DNA of 62,488 bases, the filler included, from Chiloscyllium plagiosum (Eukaryota), in NCBI RefSeq assembly GCF_004010195.1. It is 3 parts of one record of this genome, joined end to end, with 100 filler letters (N's around TTAATTAATTAA, not from the genome) between each part and the next. Parts side by side here need not be neighbours in the genome. Positions count along the whole stretch, not along the records: positions 42,164 to 62,488 come from NC_057713.1; 2 more parts are not named here. One strand, 5' to 3'. Position 1 is the first letter of the stretch, and each line of letters starts with the position of its first letter. Made by a program: the position numbers and the translations under genes. The notes under the pieces were generated by a model. The model worked only from the letters and a program-made list of their open reading frames with translations, was not told the origin of the DNA and did no database searches. Positions 50,810-62,488 of the stretch are shown in pieces.

Positions 50810-53110
50810 AATGGAAGTTAAAAGTCTAACGATGACCACAAATCCAGGATCAATTAGAAAAACACTTCTGGTTCATTCATACCCTTTTAGGGAAGGAAAT
50901 CTACACCCTTACCTGGTTTGGCATACATGTGATTCCAGGCCCACAGCAATGTGTTCAACTATCAACTGCCTTCTGAAATGGACAAGCAATGGACAGTTGT
51001 ATCTAAATGCTATAAGGTCTCAAAAAGGAAAGAAACCGGATGGACTCTCTGGCATTGACCTAAGCAGCAGTAATGATAACAGCAAACTTATTCCCCCTCC
51101 CCCATCAATCCTACAAAGTCCTCTTTACTAAGACCCTGGGACTTGCGCCAAAACTGGGAGAGCTGTCTCACACATACGAGTCAAGCAATAACTAGACATT
51201 GTCATACATGTGTATTCCTATCTTACACAAATGCCCAGATACCATCACTGGCATCCACTGTATGTCCTGTCCCATGAGCTGGACAGATCCAGTGGAGGTG
51301 AAGGCAGTCAGTCAGGAGGAATTTCCTTGGGATTCCTCAACACGGACTACAGACCCCATGAGATTTCATGGCATCAGTCAAAACATGGATAAGGAACCAT
51401 CCTGCTGATTGGCAGATACAAACCCTCTCCTCTCAGCTGATGTATCAGCTCTTCTCCAAGTTCAACAAGACTTGAAAGTGACACCAAGGGCAACAAGTGC
51501 ACAGAGTAAATTCTGACTGGGCGACTTCAATGCTGAAGAACCACCACTGACTGAGTTGGTTGAGTCCTAAATAATATGGCTGGTAGACAGGATGGATGGC
51601 AGGTAGTGAGGGAACCAAGGGGGAAAAATATACTTGATCTCATCCTCACCAATCTCATTGCCAGATACATCTGCTCATGACAGTATAAAGAGTGACAAGT
51701 GCACAATCCCTGCAAATGTGAAGTACCATCTTCAAATTGGGGATTCTCTCCATTTTATTATGTGGCAGCACCCACATGCTAAATAGGATCAATTTCGAAC
51801 AGATCGAGCAATTCAAGACTGGACACCCAGAAAACATTGTGCCATCAGCAGCAGCAATATACTCAAAAACAGTCTGGAACCTCAGGGCCCTGCATATCCA
51901 CTTCCACAGCTACCAACGTGCCTGGTTCAATGAAAAGTGCAGAGGGCACACAGAGAAGAGCACCAAGCACACCTAACAATAAAGGTATCAACCTGGTGAA
52001 GCCAAAGCACAGGATACTTTGTGTCAAAACATATAAGCAGTAAGCTATAAACAGAACTGCATGTTTTTACAATCAATGGATCAGATCTCAGCTTTGCAGT
52101 GCTGTCACATCCAATCGTGAATGGTGCTGGACAATTAAAACAACCCAAAACAGGTGGGGCTCCACAAATCTCTCCAATAATGGAAGAGCCCAGCACATCT
52201 GAGGTATCTACTACAAACCTTCAGCCAAACGTGCCAAGTGAATGACCTCTCTACCTCATTGAGGTTCAAAACATCACAGATCCTCAGCCAATTCGATTCA
52301 TTCCAAGTGATATCAAAAATCAGTTGATGATACTGGATGTAGCAAAGGCATGGACCCTGGCAATATTCCACCAATAGTGTTAAAGACATTGTGTGGCGAA
52401 TTCTGCACTCTTAGCCAAGCTGTTCCAATATGACTATAATACCAAAATCCACCCTATTGTGCGAAACATTGCACAGGTATGCCTTGTAGACAAAAAGCAT
52501 GACAAATCCAACATAAGCAATTACCATCTCAACAGTCTACTCTTGATCATCAATGAAGTGATGGAGGAGATCATCAACAGTGGTTTCAAGCAGCAGTTGC
52601 TTCGCAATAATCTGTTTACTGACATTCAGTTTGTGTTCTGCCTGAGCCAGGCAGCTTCTGACCTCTTTGCAACCTTGATTCAAATGTGGATAAATTCAAG
52701 AAGGTGAGTGCCTGCTTATGACACGTAGTCTGTAGTTGATTGAATGTTGCATCAAGCAGCCCTAGCAAAACTAGAGTCAATGGGAAATAAGGAATCGACA
52801 ATTTAAGACAGAGATGAGGAAAAAAGAATGTCAACCTTCTGAGAAACACAGTCATTAAACAGATAGATTCTTGACTACTAAGACAGGTGAAAGATCACTG
52901 GGGTTTAAGCAGGAATGTAGAGTTGAGGTTAAGATCAGATCTTATTAAATGGCTGAGCAGGCCCAAAGGGCTGAGTGGCCTACTCTTGTTTCTTGTTCAC
53001 GTGCTCAGTGAATGGACTGCAGCACTTCAACATGATAGTTCATCACCACTTTCTCAAGGGCAAGTAGAGATAGGCAATAAAATGCTGACGATGCCCGCAT
53101 CCCATGAATA
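50810..53110 (+). mobile_element. Decayed LINE (CR1/Zenon-like, clade tentative) whose 5' region is the tRNA-headed SINE body
   Basis: SINE body at 50820-50975 runs into APE remnants (GL.PKLGELSH..VKQ..DIVI, GDFN, LDLILTN) and RT-start remnants; family tail at 53013-53110. Confidence 0.7.
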
Positions 53111-53775
53111 ACTTTAACTAGCATGTAATTTACTAAGCATCAGGCTAGTTAGATAGATTGCACATACTTGCCTTGCACATTTTCTTCAATTCCCAGATCA
53201 GAAAGATTGCAATTTTGTAACAACTAATTCTATTTCCTTGGATGAAAGTTCAATAACAAGTTACATGCTTTCAATTCAATGTCTGACAGGCATGTAAATA
53301 TGGAGAATGAATCCCACTTGTTTATTGCACAAATTTTTTGGAACCAAAGAGGTCTTAAGACAGAAGCAAACCAATGATCACTTTGATTTTATACTAACTC
53401 TTTACTAGAACAGTCCAGAGCCAGTCCCATTATCCTACACTAAAAACTTTTCCACTGTCCTTATGAACTGGCAAAAGATCCAAATTACCGAGGACTCATT
53501 TATCACTCTTTACATTCAACTTAAAATTGCAGAATTTACATTATCTGCTAACGCAATTCCGCAGCACTAAATTCCACTAATAGAGCTTGTTAGATAGAGC
53601 ACTGAATATAAATATGAAGCAGACTATATAAAATGGAAGAATACTGGAAAAATTAAATGTATTTGTAAGAACAAAAGCTAGTGCACTATTAACAGGATTC
53701 TGAAAGTTATCTAAATAAAACATTTTTTTCTGAATTTATCAACATTACAGTTACTCCTGCTAAATTATGCTTCTA

Positions 53776-54000
<225 letters not shown>

Positions 54001-54086
54001 TTAAGCAGCTATCATCCTCACAAATTGAACGTAAAGTTACAACTTTTAAAGACATATTTTGCACTTCATCATCTGACATCTGTTTC

Positions 54087-54415
54087 AGAGTTGTACAACA
54101 CGGAAACAGATCCTTCAGTCCAACTCATCCATGCCGACTAGATATCCTAAATTAATCTAGTCACATTTGTCAACACTTGGCCCAGATCCCTCTAAACCCT
54201 TCCTATTCATTTACTCATCCAGATGCCTTTTAAATGTTGTATTGGTAATAACCTCCACCACTTCCTCTGGCAGCTCATTCCATACACATACCACCCTCTG
54301 CGTGAAAAAGGTGCCTCTTAGATCCCTTTTATATCTTTTCCCCTCACCCTAAACCTATGCCCTCTAGATCTGGATTCCCCCAAAACCAGGGAAAAGACCT
54401 CAGCTATTTACCTGA
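54087..54415 (-). mobile_element. HER1-like LINE 3' fragment
   Basis: Reverse complement of the 1-270 tail. Confidence 0.8.
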
Positions 54416-54578
54416 TCTCAATTAGATTTTCATATTATTCTAATCTTAAGATTAAGTTATATTTTAACTAAAATACACAAAATAAAACAGTGCACAATCC
54501 AAATATTTGATACATTGCTCAATTCTGGACCAATTCCAAAAACAGAAAAATGTCTTATCTTGCTGTCCCTACAAATTA

Positions 54579-54743
<165 letters not shown>

Positions 54744-54797
54744 TCAAAATTCTAAAATACGTGTGACAGGCTGAGAGTTGATACTTTCTGCTGAATG

Positions 54798-54986
54798 TAG
54801 GAGAAAGTGAGGACTGAAGATGCTGGAGATCAGAGCTTAAAAATGTGTTGCTGGAAAAGCACAGCAGGTCAGGCAGCATCAAAGGAGAAGGAGAATCGAC
54901 GTTTTGGGCATAAGCCCCCGAAACGTCGATTCTCCTTCTTTGATGCTGCCTGACCTGCTGCGCTTTTCCAGCAACACATTTTTAAG
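54798..54986. mobile_element. Palindromic Penelope-derived insert in an RNMT intron, TSD TTTCT(G/A)CTGAATG
   Basis: TSD at 54785-54797 and 54987-54999; lies about 90 bp from the acceptor at 54710. Confidence 0.8.
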
Positions 54987-55328
54987 TTTCTACTGAATGA
55001 GGCAATCTATTCCAACATATTCAGCTTATGAGCATGTTATTTTATTCTACATCAGTTGAGATTTCAAACCCTTACAGTGTGCTACAAAGATTTCATTAAA
55101 AAAGTAGAGCAATTCGTTCTGCTGTCTCGTCCAAAATTCATAAACTGACCTCCGAAGACAATTACCTAGTTGTCATCCCCATAGCAAGTGGTGGCACGCC
55201 AAGAACAAAATAGATGCACATTTTCTGCATTGCTATGCTACACCAGCTGTAAAATGGTTTTGGATGTTCCGAGGACATGAATGGCCCTACACAAATGGAC
55301 GCCAAATGTTGTTCACCGTTATGGATTA

Positions 55329-55547
<219 letters not shown>

Positions 55548-55974
55548 TCATTGCACATCTTAATTCAGAAGATTCTTGACATGGGGACAAATGCAAGTTA
55601 AACAAAAAATGGGCAATAAGTTAAGAAAAAATGGGCAAAGATTTACAGAATGCTCGAGCATACCTAGCCACAGCCAATGCAAGATTGCCAACTAATGAAA
55701 CTTACGTCTTTAAAAAAGGGTGAAATTTTAAATTTTGATTACGACCTTATGTAAGCAGAGATTTCACAACTGGTGTTCTCTCAAACACATGACGTGTACA
55801 CTATTGTTCTAGGTGCCATGTTTCAAAGCTAATGAATAATTGGCAGAAGCTAAAGTCCTAATCCCAGATATCTCCTAGGCCACCATCATTGTTTTTCCGC
55901 AGTGACATTGCTGTATGGAATTCCAGTCAGCAATAATTTTAGTTAATAATGTGTTGAGTGCAGGGTATCTAGAA

Positions 55975-58900
55975 CAAATTGAACTCAGAGCATGGATAGG
56001 AAGACGGGACTGGGATATCAGAGCAATTACAGAAACATGGCTCAGGAATGGACAGGACTGGCAGCTTAATGTTCTAGGATGCAATGCTACAGGAAGGATA
56101 GAAAGGGGGGGTGTGCGCAAGAGAGGAGGGAGAGTGGCATTTTTGATAAGGGATAGCATTACTGTTGTACTTAGGGAGTATATTCCTGTGAATACATTCA
56201 AGGAAGTTATTTGGTTGGAACTGAGAAATAAGGATAATCACCTTATTGGGATTGTATTATAGACCCCCTAGTAGTCAGCAAGAAATTGAGAAACAAATAT
56301 GTAAGGAGATTTAAGTTATCTGTAAGAATAGTAGGGTGATTATGGAAGGGGATTTTAACTTTCCAAACATAGACTGGGACTGCCATAGTATTAAGGGTTT
56401 AAATGGAGGGGAATTGGTTAAACCAGTACAAGAAAATTTTCTGATTCAGTATATGGATGTACTTACTACAGAAGGTGCAAAGCTTGACCTACTCTTGGGA
56501 AATAAGGCAGGGCAGGTGACTGAGGTGTCAGTGAGGGAGCACTTGGGGGCCAGCAACCATAATTCTATTAGTTTTAAAATAGTGATGGAAAAGGACAGAC
56601 CGGATCTGAAAGTTGAAGTTCCAAATTGGAGGAAGGCTAATTTTAACGGTATGAGGCAAGAACTTCCAAAAGCTGATTGGCAGATGATCGCAGATAAAGG
56701 GACAGCTGGAAAATGTAAAGCCTTCAAAAATGACATAACAAGAGTCCATGGCAATATTTCCTGTTAGCGTGAAAGAAAAGGCTGATTAGTGTAGGGAATG
56801 CTGGATGACTAGAGAAATTGAAGCTTTGGTTAAGAAAAAAAAGGAAGCATATGTCAGGCATAGAAAGGAGGGATCGAGTGAATCCTTAGAAGAGTGTAAA
56901 GGTATTAGGAGTATACTTAAGAGGGAAATCAGGAGGGTAAAAAGGGGACATGAGATAGCTTTGGCAAATAGGGGTAAGGAGAAGCCAAAGTATTTTTGTA
57001 AAAATATTAGATTTTGGATTACCTAGAGTGTGGAAACGCCCTTCAGCCCATCTACTCCACACCGATCCTCCGAAGAATAACCCACCCAGACCCACTCCCC
57101 CTAACTAATGTACCTAACTCTACGGGCAATTTAGCATGACCAATGCACCTAACCTGCACATCTTTGGACTGTGGGAGGAAACCAGAGCATCCAGAGGAAA
57201 CCCATGCAGGGGAGAATGTGCAAACTCCACACAGACAGTCGCCCGAGGCTGGAATTGAACCCGGGACCCTGGCGCTGCGAGACAGCAGTGCTAGCCACCG
57301 AGCCACCCCTATATGCAGGACAAAAGGATAATTAGGGAGAGAATAGAGCTCCCCAAAGATCAGCAAGGCAGCCTATGTGTGGAGCAATAGGAGATGGGGG
57401 GAGATACTAAACAAGTATTTTTCCCACAGTAAACAATGATGCAAAAGACATGGAAGATACAGAATGTGGAGAATTAGATGGTGACGTCTTGAAAAATGTC
57501 TATGTTACAGAGGAGGTGGTGCTGGATGTCTTGAAATGCATACAAGTGTACAAATCCCCAGGACCTGATCAGGTGTACCCTAGAACTCTGTGGGAAGCTA
57601 GGGAAGTGATTACTGGGCCTCTTGCTGAGACATTTGTATCATCAATAGTCACAGGTAAGGCAACTGGAAGATGCCCTATTTAAGAAAGATGGTAAGGAAA
57701 ATTCAGGAACTATAGACCGGTGAGCCTGACATCGATGGTGGGCTAGTTGTTGGAGGGAATCCTGAGGGACGGGATTTACATGTATTTGGAAAGGCAAGAA
57801 CTTATTAGAGATCGTCAACATGGCTTTGTGCGTGGGAAATCATGTCGCCATGAACTTGACTTGAATTTTTTGAAGAAGCAACAAAGAACTGATGAGGGCA
57901 GAGCAGTAGATGTGATCTATATGGACTTCAGTAAGGTGTTCAATAAGGTTCCCCATGGGAGACTGGTTAGCAATACTGGATCTCATAGAACACTGAGAAC
58001 TAGCCATGTGGATACAGAACTTGCTCAAAGGTAGAAGACAGAGGGTGGTGGTGAAGAGTTGCTTTTTAGACTGGAGGCCTGTGACCAGAGGTGTGCCACA
58101 AGGATTGGTGCTGGGTCCACTACTTTTTGTCATTAATATAAATTATTTGGATATGAACATAGGAGGTATAGTTAATAATTTGCAGATGACAGCAAACTTA
58201 CAGGATAGTGAACAGCGAAGAAAGTTAGCTCAGAGTACAACTTGATTAAATGGATCAATGGGGTAAGGTGTGGCAGATAGAGTTTAATTTAGATAAACGC
58301 AAGGTGCTGCATTTTTGGAAAAGCAAATCAGAGCAGGACTTATACACTTAATGGTAAGGTCCTGGGGAGTGTTGCTGAACAATGAGATCTTGGAGTGCAG
58401 GCTCATAGTTCTTTGAAAGCAGAGTTGCAGGTTGACAGGATGGTGAAGAAGGTGTTTGGTTTTGGTCAGACCATTGAGTATTAGAGTTGGGAGGTCATGT
58501 TGCAGCTGTACAGGACATCGGTCAGGCCACTTTTGGAATATTGCGTACAATTCTGGTCTCCTTCCTATCAGAAGGATCTTGTAAAACTTGAAAGTTGAAA
58601 GGTTGGAGCATTTGAGCTGGAGGAAGAGGCTGAATAGGCTGGGCTCTTTTTCCTGGAGCGTCGGAGGCTGAGGAGGGACCTTTTGGAGGTTTATAAAATT
58701 GAGGGGCATGGATTGGATAATAGACAAGATCTTTTTCCTGGGGTGGGGGAGTCCAGAACTAGAGGACATAGGTTTAGGGTGAGACAGGAATGATATAAAA
58801 GGGACCTAAGAGGTAACATTTTCACGCAGAGGGTGTTGCGTGTACGGAGTGAGCTGCCAGAGGAAGTGGTAGAGACTGAGACAATTACAGCATTTCAAAA

Positions 58901-59032
58901 GGTACCTAGATGGGTATATGAATAGGAAGGGTTTAAGAGGGATATGGGCCAAATGGGACAAAATTAGGTTAGGATACCTGGTCAGCATGGACGAGTTGGA
59001 CCAGTTTCCATGCTGTTCATCTTTATGACTAT
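55975..59032 (+). mobile_element. Decayed CR1-clade LINE (HER1-like) ORF2 plus 3' UTR, antisense within an RNMT intron; interrupted by an HE1 SINE
   Basis: APE motifs (AITETWL, GGRVAFLI, GDFNFPNIDW, LDLLL, SNHN) and RT motifs (KSPGPD, QHGF, DVIYMDFSKVF.KVPH, GVPQG.VLGPLLF) in broken frames; 3' end matches the tail at 1-270. Confidence 0.92.
57008..57308 (-). mobile_element. HE1 V-SINE nested in the HER1-like LINE
   Basis: Full head, V-domain and tail interrupting LINE ORF2. Confidence 0.9.
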
Positions 59033-61536
59033 AAATTCAAGCTAAATCGGGATTTTGTTTATGTTTTTGTATTTACAGCACAAGAGTCTATTATCATTAA
59101 CGTCATTGAAATAAATTTGAAAAAATGAAACCCAAAGTCTTCAAGATGCCTGCACTGAATGAAATCGTTGCACTCAGAATCATCAGGTCATACATCACAG
59201 AAGAGGCCCTCTGTGTGATATTGTGTTTTCGGTTTTCTTTACGAACTCACTCACCAGCTCACTACATTCATTAATACCAGATGATTCCCGTTCACTCAGT
59301 CATAACCCTTTACTAATTCATTATTTACTATAATACTGTTTCATTCATAAAACTGCAATTTTGGTATATATTTTACTCTCACAAGGTAGACCAAATTAAA
59401 ACAGCCCTTTCTGATTAAAACAACCCTTTCAATCATTACTGCTTTTTCATACCAATTCTTATCAGCCTTTGCTACAAGCAGTGTTTAGGCCTAGCTACCT
59501 CAGAATAGGTGTCAATATCATAAACAATACTGTCCCCATCAAGTTTCCACGAAATAATACAATATTAATCAGCCCTTACCAACTATCTCCTGGACCTAAA
59601 TAGATTACAGAACACCAAAAAGTTTCCCCAATTAATATGTACCTGTTAAATAACTTTTAACTGGGCCATTGTCCTTTTAAGAAACTAACTGACAAAACAG
59701 CACTTCAAAGAAATTGCACGAATGAATGAAACTCACACCAGCAAATAGTAAACAGCAAATCTCACAACCCAGCTGCAGTAATCAGTCCAGTATCCTTTAT
59801 TCTTTTAAGTACAGGTACAATTTCTAACTGATTTATAGCATCTCGGCCAAGTATTTTCACTAACATTTACTAACTTAAAGGACAAAAGGACTAACACCTC
59901 TTAATTATGTAAGCAGACCAGACAGACACTCTTAATCCAATCAAAAGTAGCAGCTCGCACTTAGTACAGGTACATGGTTTAACCTATCTCAGGACAGAAG
60001 CCCCTCAAACCTTTGTGTTCTATAGATAAAAAAATGTTAACACCAGAGTAATGAAATTTTAATGTATGTAAGAACAGTATTTCAGGATTCTACGGCAGCC
60101 TCGAACTTGTGCTGTGCTCCTGAATAAAAGAGACTAATTTCACCACTCACCGATTCTGATCATTATTTTAACACAATCCCACACCTCCCATCGATTGAAT
60201 CTACATTGACCTATCTACACTAATCTCACTTTCCACACCTGAACCATAGGCTTTAATGTTATGACATTTCAAGTGTTCATTCAAGTTCTTCTTAGAAATC
60301 AAAAAGGTTTTCCACCTCTGCTACCTTTCCCAGGCAGTACATTCGAGATTACCACCATCCAGGTAATAAAGCATTTCCTCAAATCCCCTCAAAACCTCAC
60401 ACCCTTCACCTTAAAATGATGCACCAACTAAAGAAAACAGCTGCTTCCTGTCAACCCTGTCCATGCCCCTTAATCTTATAAATCTCTGAGGTTCCCCGTA
60501 GCCTATTCTGCTACAAGAAAAATCAACCACAACCAGCCTATTTTCGTACACAGGCATTTTCCTGGTAAATCTCCTCTGTACTCCCTCCAGTGCAATTGCA
60601 CCCCTTCTGGTGCAGAGCCCAGAACTACACAATAACTCCAGTTGAAGCCTAACTAAAGTTCTGCTGAGCTCAAGTATAGCCTCCCTGTCCTTTATACTAC
60701 AAACCTAGAATGATAAAGGCATATGTCCCAAGTGCCTTCTTAACTAACCTGTTCTGCTCCCTTCAGTGAACTGTAGGAAAGCACCCTAAATTCCTTTCTG
60801 TTTCTCTGAGCTTCCTGATGCTGTGCCCATTTGAGTACTCCTGTTTTGTTACTTCTTCCAAAATGCCAAAGTGGGCCATTATCCACAAGGGCTTTTGCAC
60901 ATTTTAATATAAACACAACAGAACCTCTACTTCAACTCTATCTCCCTGCACTATCACCAGATCTCATTTCAATTTTGCCAAAATTCCATCCACGTCCCTC
61001 TCCTAGCTCTCCAGAATATTGGATTCTTAGATTCATCATGCTCTGAATAAAGAAGTTCCTCCTGATCTCAGGTCTAAACAGTTAACCATTTAACCCAAGG
61101 CTGTGGCCCCCATTCTCAAATCCCCAAGACAAAAATCACCCCAAGCACTATTCTATCAAGCCCCTGTATTTTGTATGTCATGAGATGCAGCTAACTAGTA
61201 AAGTGAAGATCAAGAAATAAAGAAAGAATTTTCTTCCCATCACCTTACTTTTATGCAAGCTGGGACTCCACAAAAAGCCCTATGTTTCTTAACCAGAAGG
61301 GATTTATTTCATTTTTTTGGACCAATGCCTAAAACTCTCATCTACAAACGCAGTAGATTTTTCAATAACTTTCAGAATCCCTCTGACCTTGAATTAGCAA
61401 TGACATTTGTTAGACCATTTATCAGTGATAGTGTTTCATTTCTCTGTTCTAATTCTCTCAACTGTTGGTACTATATAAGGAAACAGGAACTTTCTCAACC
61501 ACGTAAGTTACCACAGGCATCACAGTCAAAAACCGT

Positions 61537-61720
61537 GAAGCTAGAAAAGCACAGGCAGTCACAAAGCATCCAAGGGGCAGGAGAGTCGACGTTTCCAGCA
61601 TAAGCTCTTCATTAGGTATGTTGGGGGGGAAGCTAGAAAAGCACAGGCAGTCACAAAGCATCCAAGGGGCAGGAGAGTCGACGTTTCCAGCATAAGCTCT
61701 TCATTAGGTATGTTGGGGGG
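61537..61720. repeat. Exact 92-bp tandem duplication of a Penelope-derived fragment
   Basis: GAAGCTAGAAAAGCAC...GGTATGTTGGGGGG at 61537 and 61629. Confidence 0.9.
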
Positions 61721-62006
61721 GGTGAATGGGAGGGGCTGGGGGGGGGAAGGTAGCTATGAATACAATTGGTTATTTTTAACAGTACAGACTCATGTGGTGT
61801 AAAATTATGTCCCAATACATGTGTGAATCTAACCGGAATGGAGGTGTTGCTTAGTCTCGTGTGAATCTTATTACACACCTCCCCGTGTGAATCTTCTTAT
61901 CTGTATGTAACCAGAATGGAATGTGTTTTTTAGCCTTGCTCTGTTGTTCACATGAATGTTTATATCTGGAAAAGAGTATATCAGCTGGAAAAGTCTCCAG
62001 TTCGGT

Positions 62007-62350
62007 GAGTCTGCTCCGGGGTTACGATTAACCGCCGAGCGTGGGTTGTTGGCAACCGCTCTACAAGAACTGACGGCTCCCAGTTCCGGTAACATGTAGA
62101 GTGAGTATAAGCCAGACCCGGGAGTCTGCTCCGGGGTTACGTTTAACCGCCGAGCGTGGGTTGTTGGCAACCGCTCTACGAGAACTGACGGCTCCCAGTT
62201 CCGGTAACATGTAGAGTGAGTATAAGCCAGACCCGGGAGTCTGCTCCGGGGTTACGTTTAACCGCCGAGCGTGGGTTGTTGGCAACCGCTCTACGAGAAC
62301 TGACGGCTCCCAGTTCCGGTAACATGTAGAGTGAGTATAAGCCAGACCCG
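62007..62350. repeat. CpG-rich tandem repeat, three copies of 115 bp
   Basis: Units start at 62007, 62122 and 62237; copy 1 differs from copies 2 and 3 at two positions. Confidence 0.95.
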
Positions 62351-62488
62351 TTGTAAGATGAGACCTGGTTTTGGCGACGCTGCGGGGAATAAAAAGCTGA
62401 AGCATATTCTAGCAGACTCGCCTCTTGGTCGTTTGTTCTGTGTCACACTACTCTCCTACGAACCTGACCTTGAGAATGTTTTAAAACA

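Noticed and set aside
59212..60175. Possible solo LTR (TG...CA with AATAAA near 60123)
   Set aside because: No TSD and no second copy to define the ends; too weak to call.
61388..61470. Candidate upstream RNMT exon (acceptor TTCCTTATATAG, donor AAG|GTCAGA, minus strand)
   Set aside because: No recognisable similarity to the RNMT N-terminus and phase does not fit the next exon; could be non-coding but unsupported.
61871..62405. ORFs of 99 and 114 aa through the 115-bp repeat
   Set aside because: Unit length is not a multiple of three, frames shift between copies, and no homology was recognised.

Overview
Vertebrate genomic DNA, almost certainly from an elasmobranch (shark), judged by HE1 V-SINEs, HER1-like CR1 LINEs and abundant Penelope-type repeats. 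It consists of three contigs joined by artificial 100-bp linkers (N44-TTAATTAATTAA-N44 at 20085-20184 and 42064-42163), so adjacency across them is unproven. Host genes are on the minus strand. There is one internal exon of a type II cadherin, best matching CDH7 (17693-17860), and six consecutive in-phase exons of the mRNA cap guanine-N7 methyltransferase RNMT (55493 down to 43412). Most other sequence is retroelement-derived, and nearly all ORF-track ORFs are spurious or LINE remnants. Highlights: (1) an intron-containing tRNA-Pro(CGG) with apparent leader and trailer, fused upstream of an HE1 SINE and inserted inside an older SINE; (2) many short, TSD-flanked, often palindromic Penelope-derived inserts carrying minimal hammerhead-ribozyme motifs, with stem covariation between two families; (3) evidence that a tRNA-headed SINE family is a set of internal-deletion derivatives of a tRNA-headed, apparently ORF1-less LINE; (4) two templated inverted insertions; (5) a structured CpG-rich 115-bp triplication upstream of RNMT. 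Repeat boundaries are approximate and family names come from motif recognition, not database searches.
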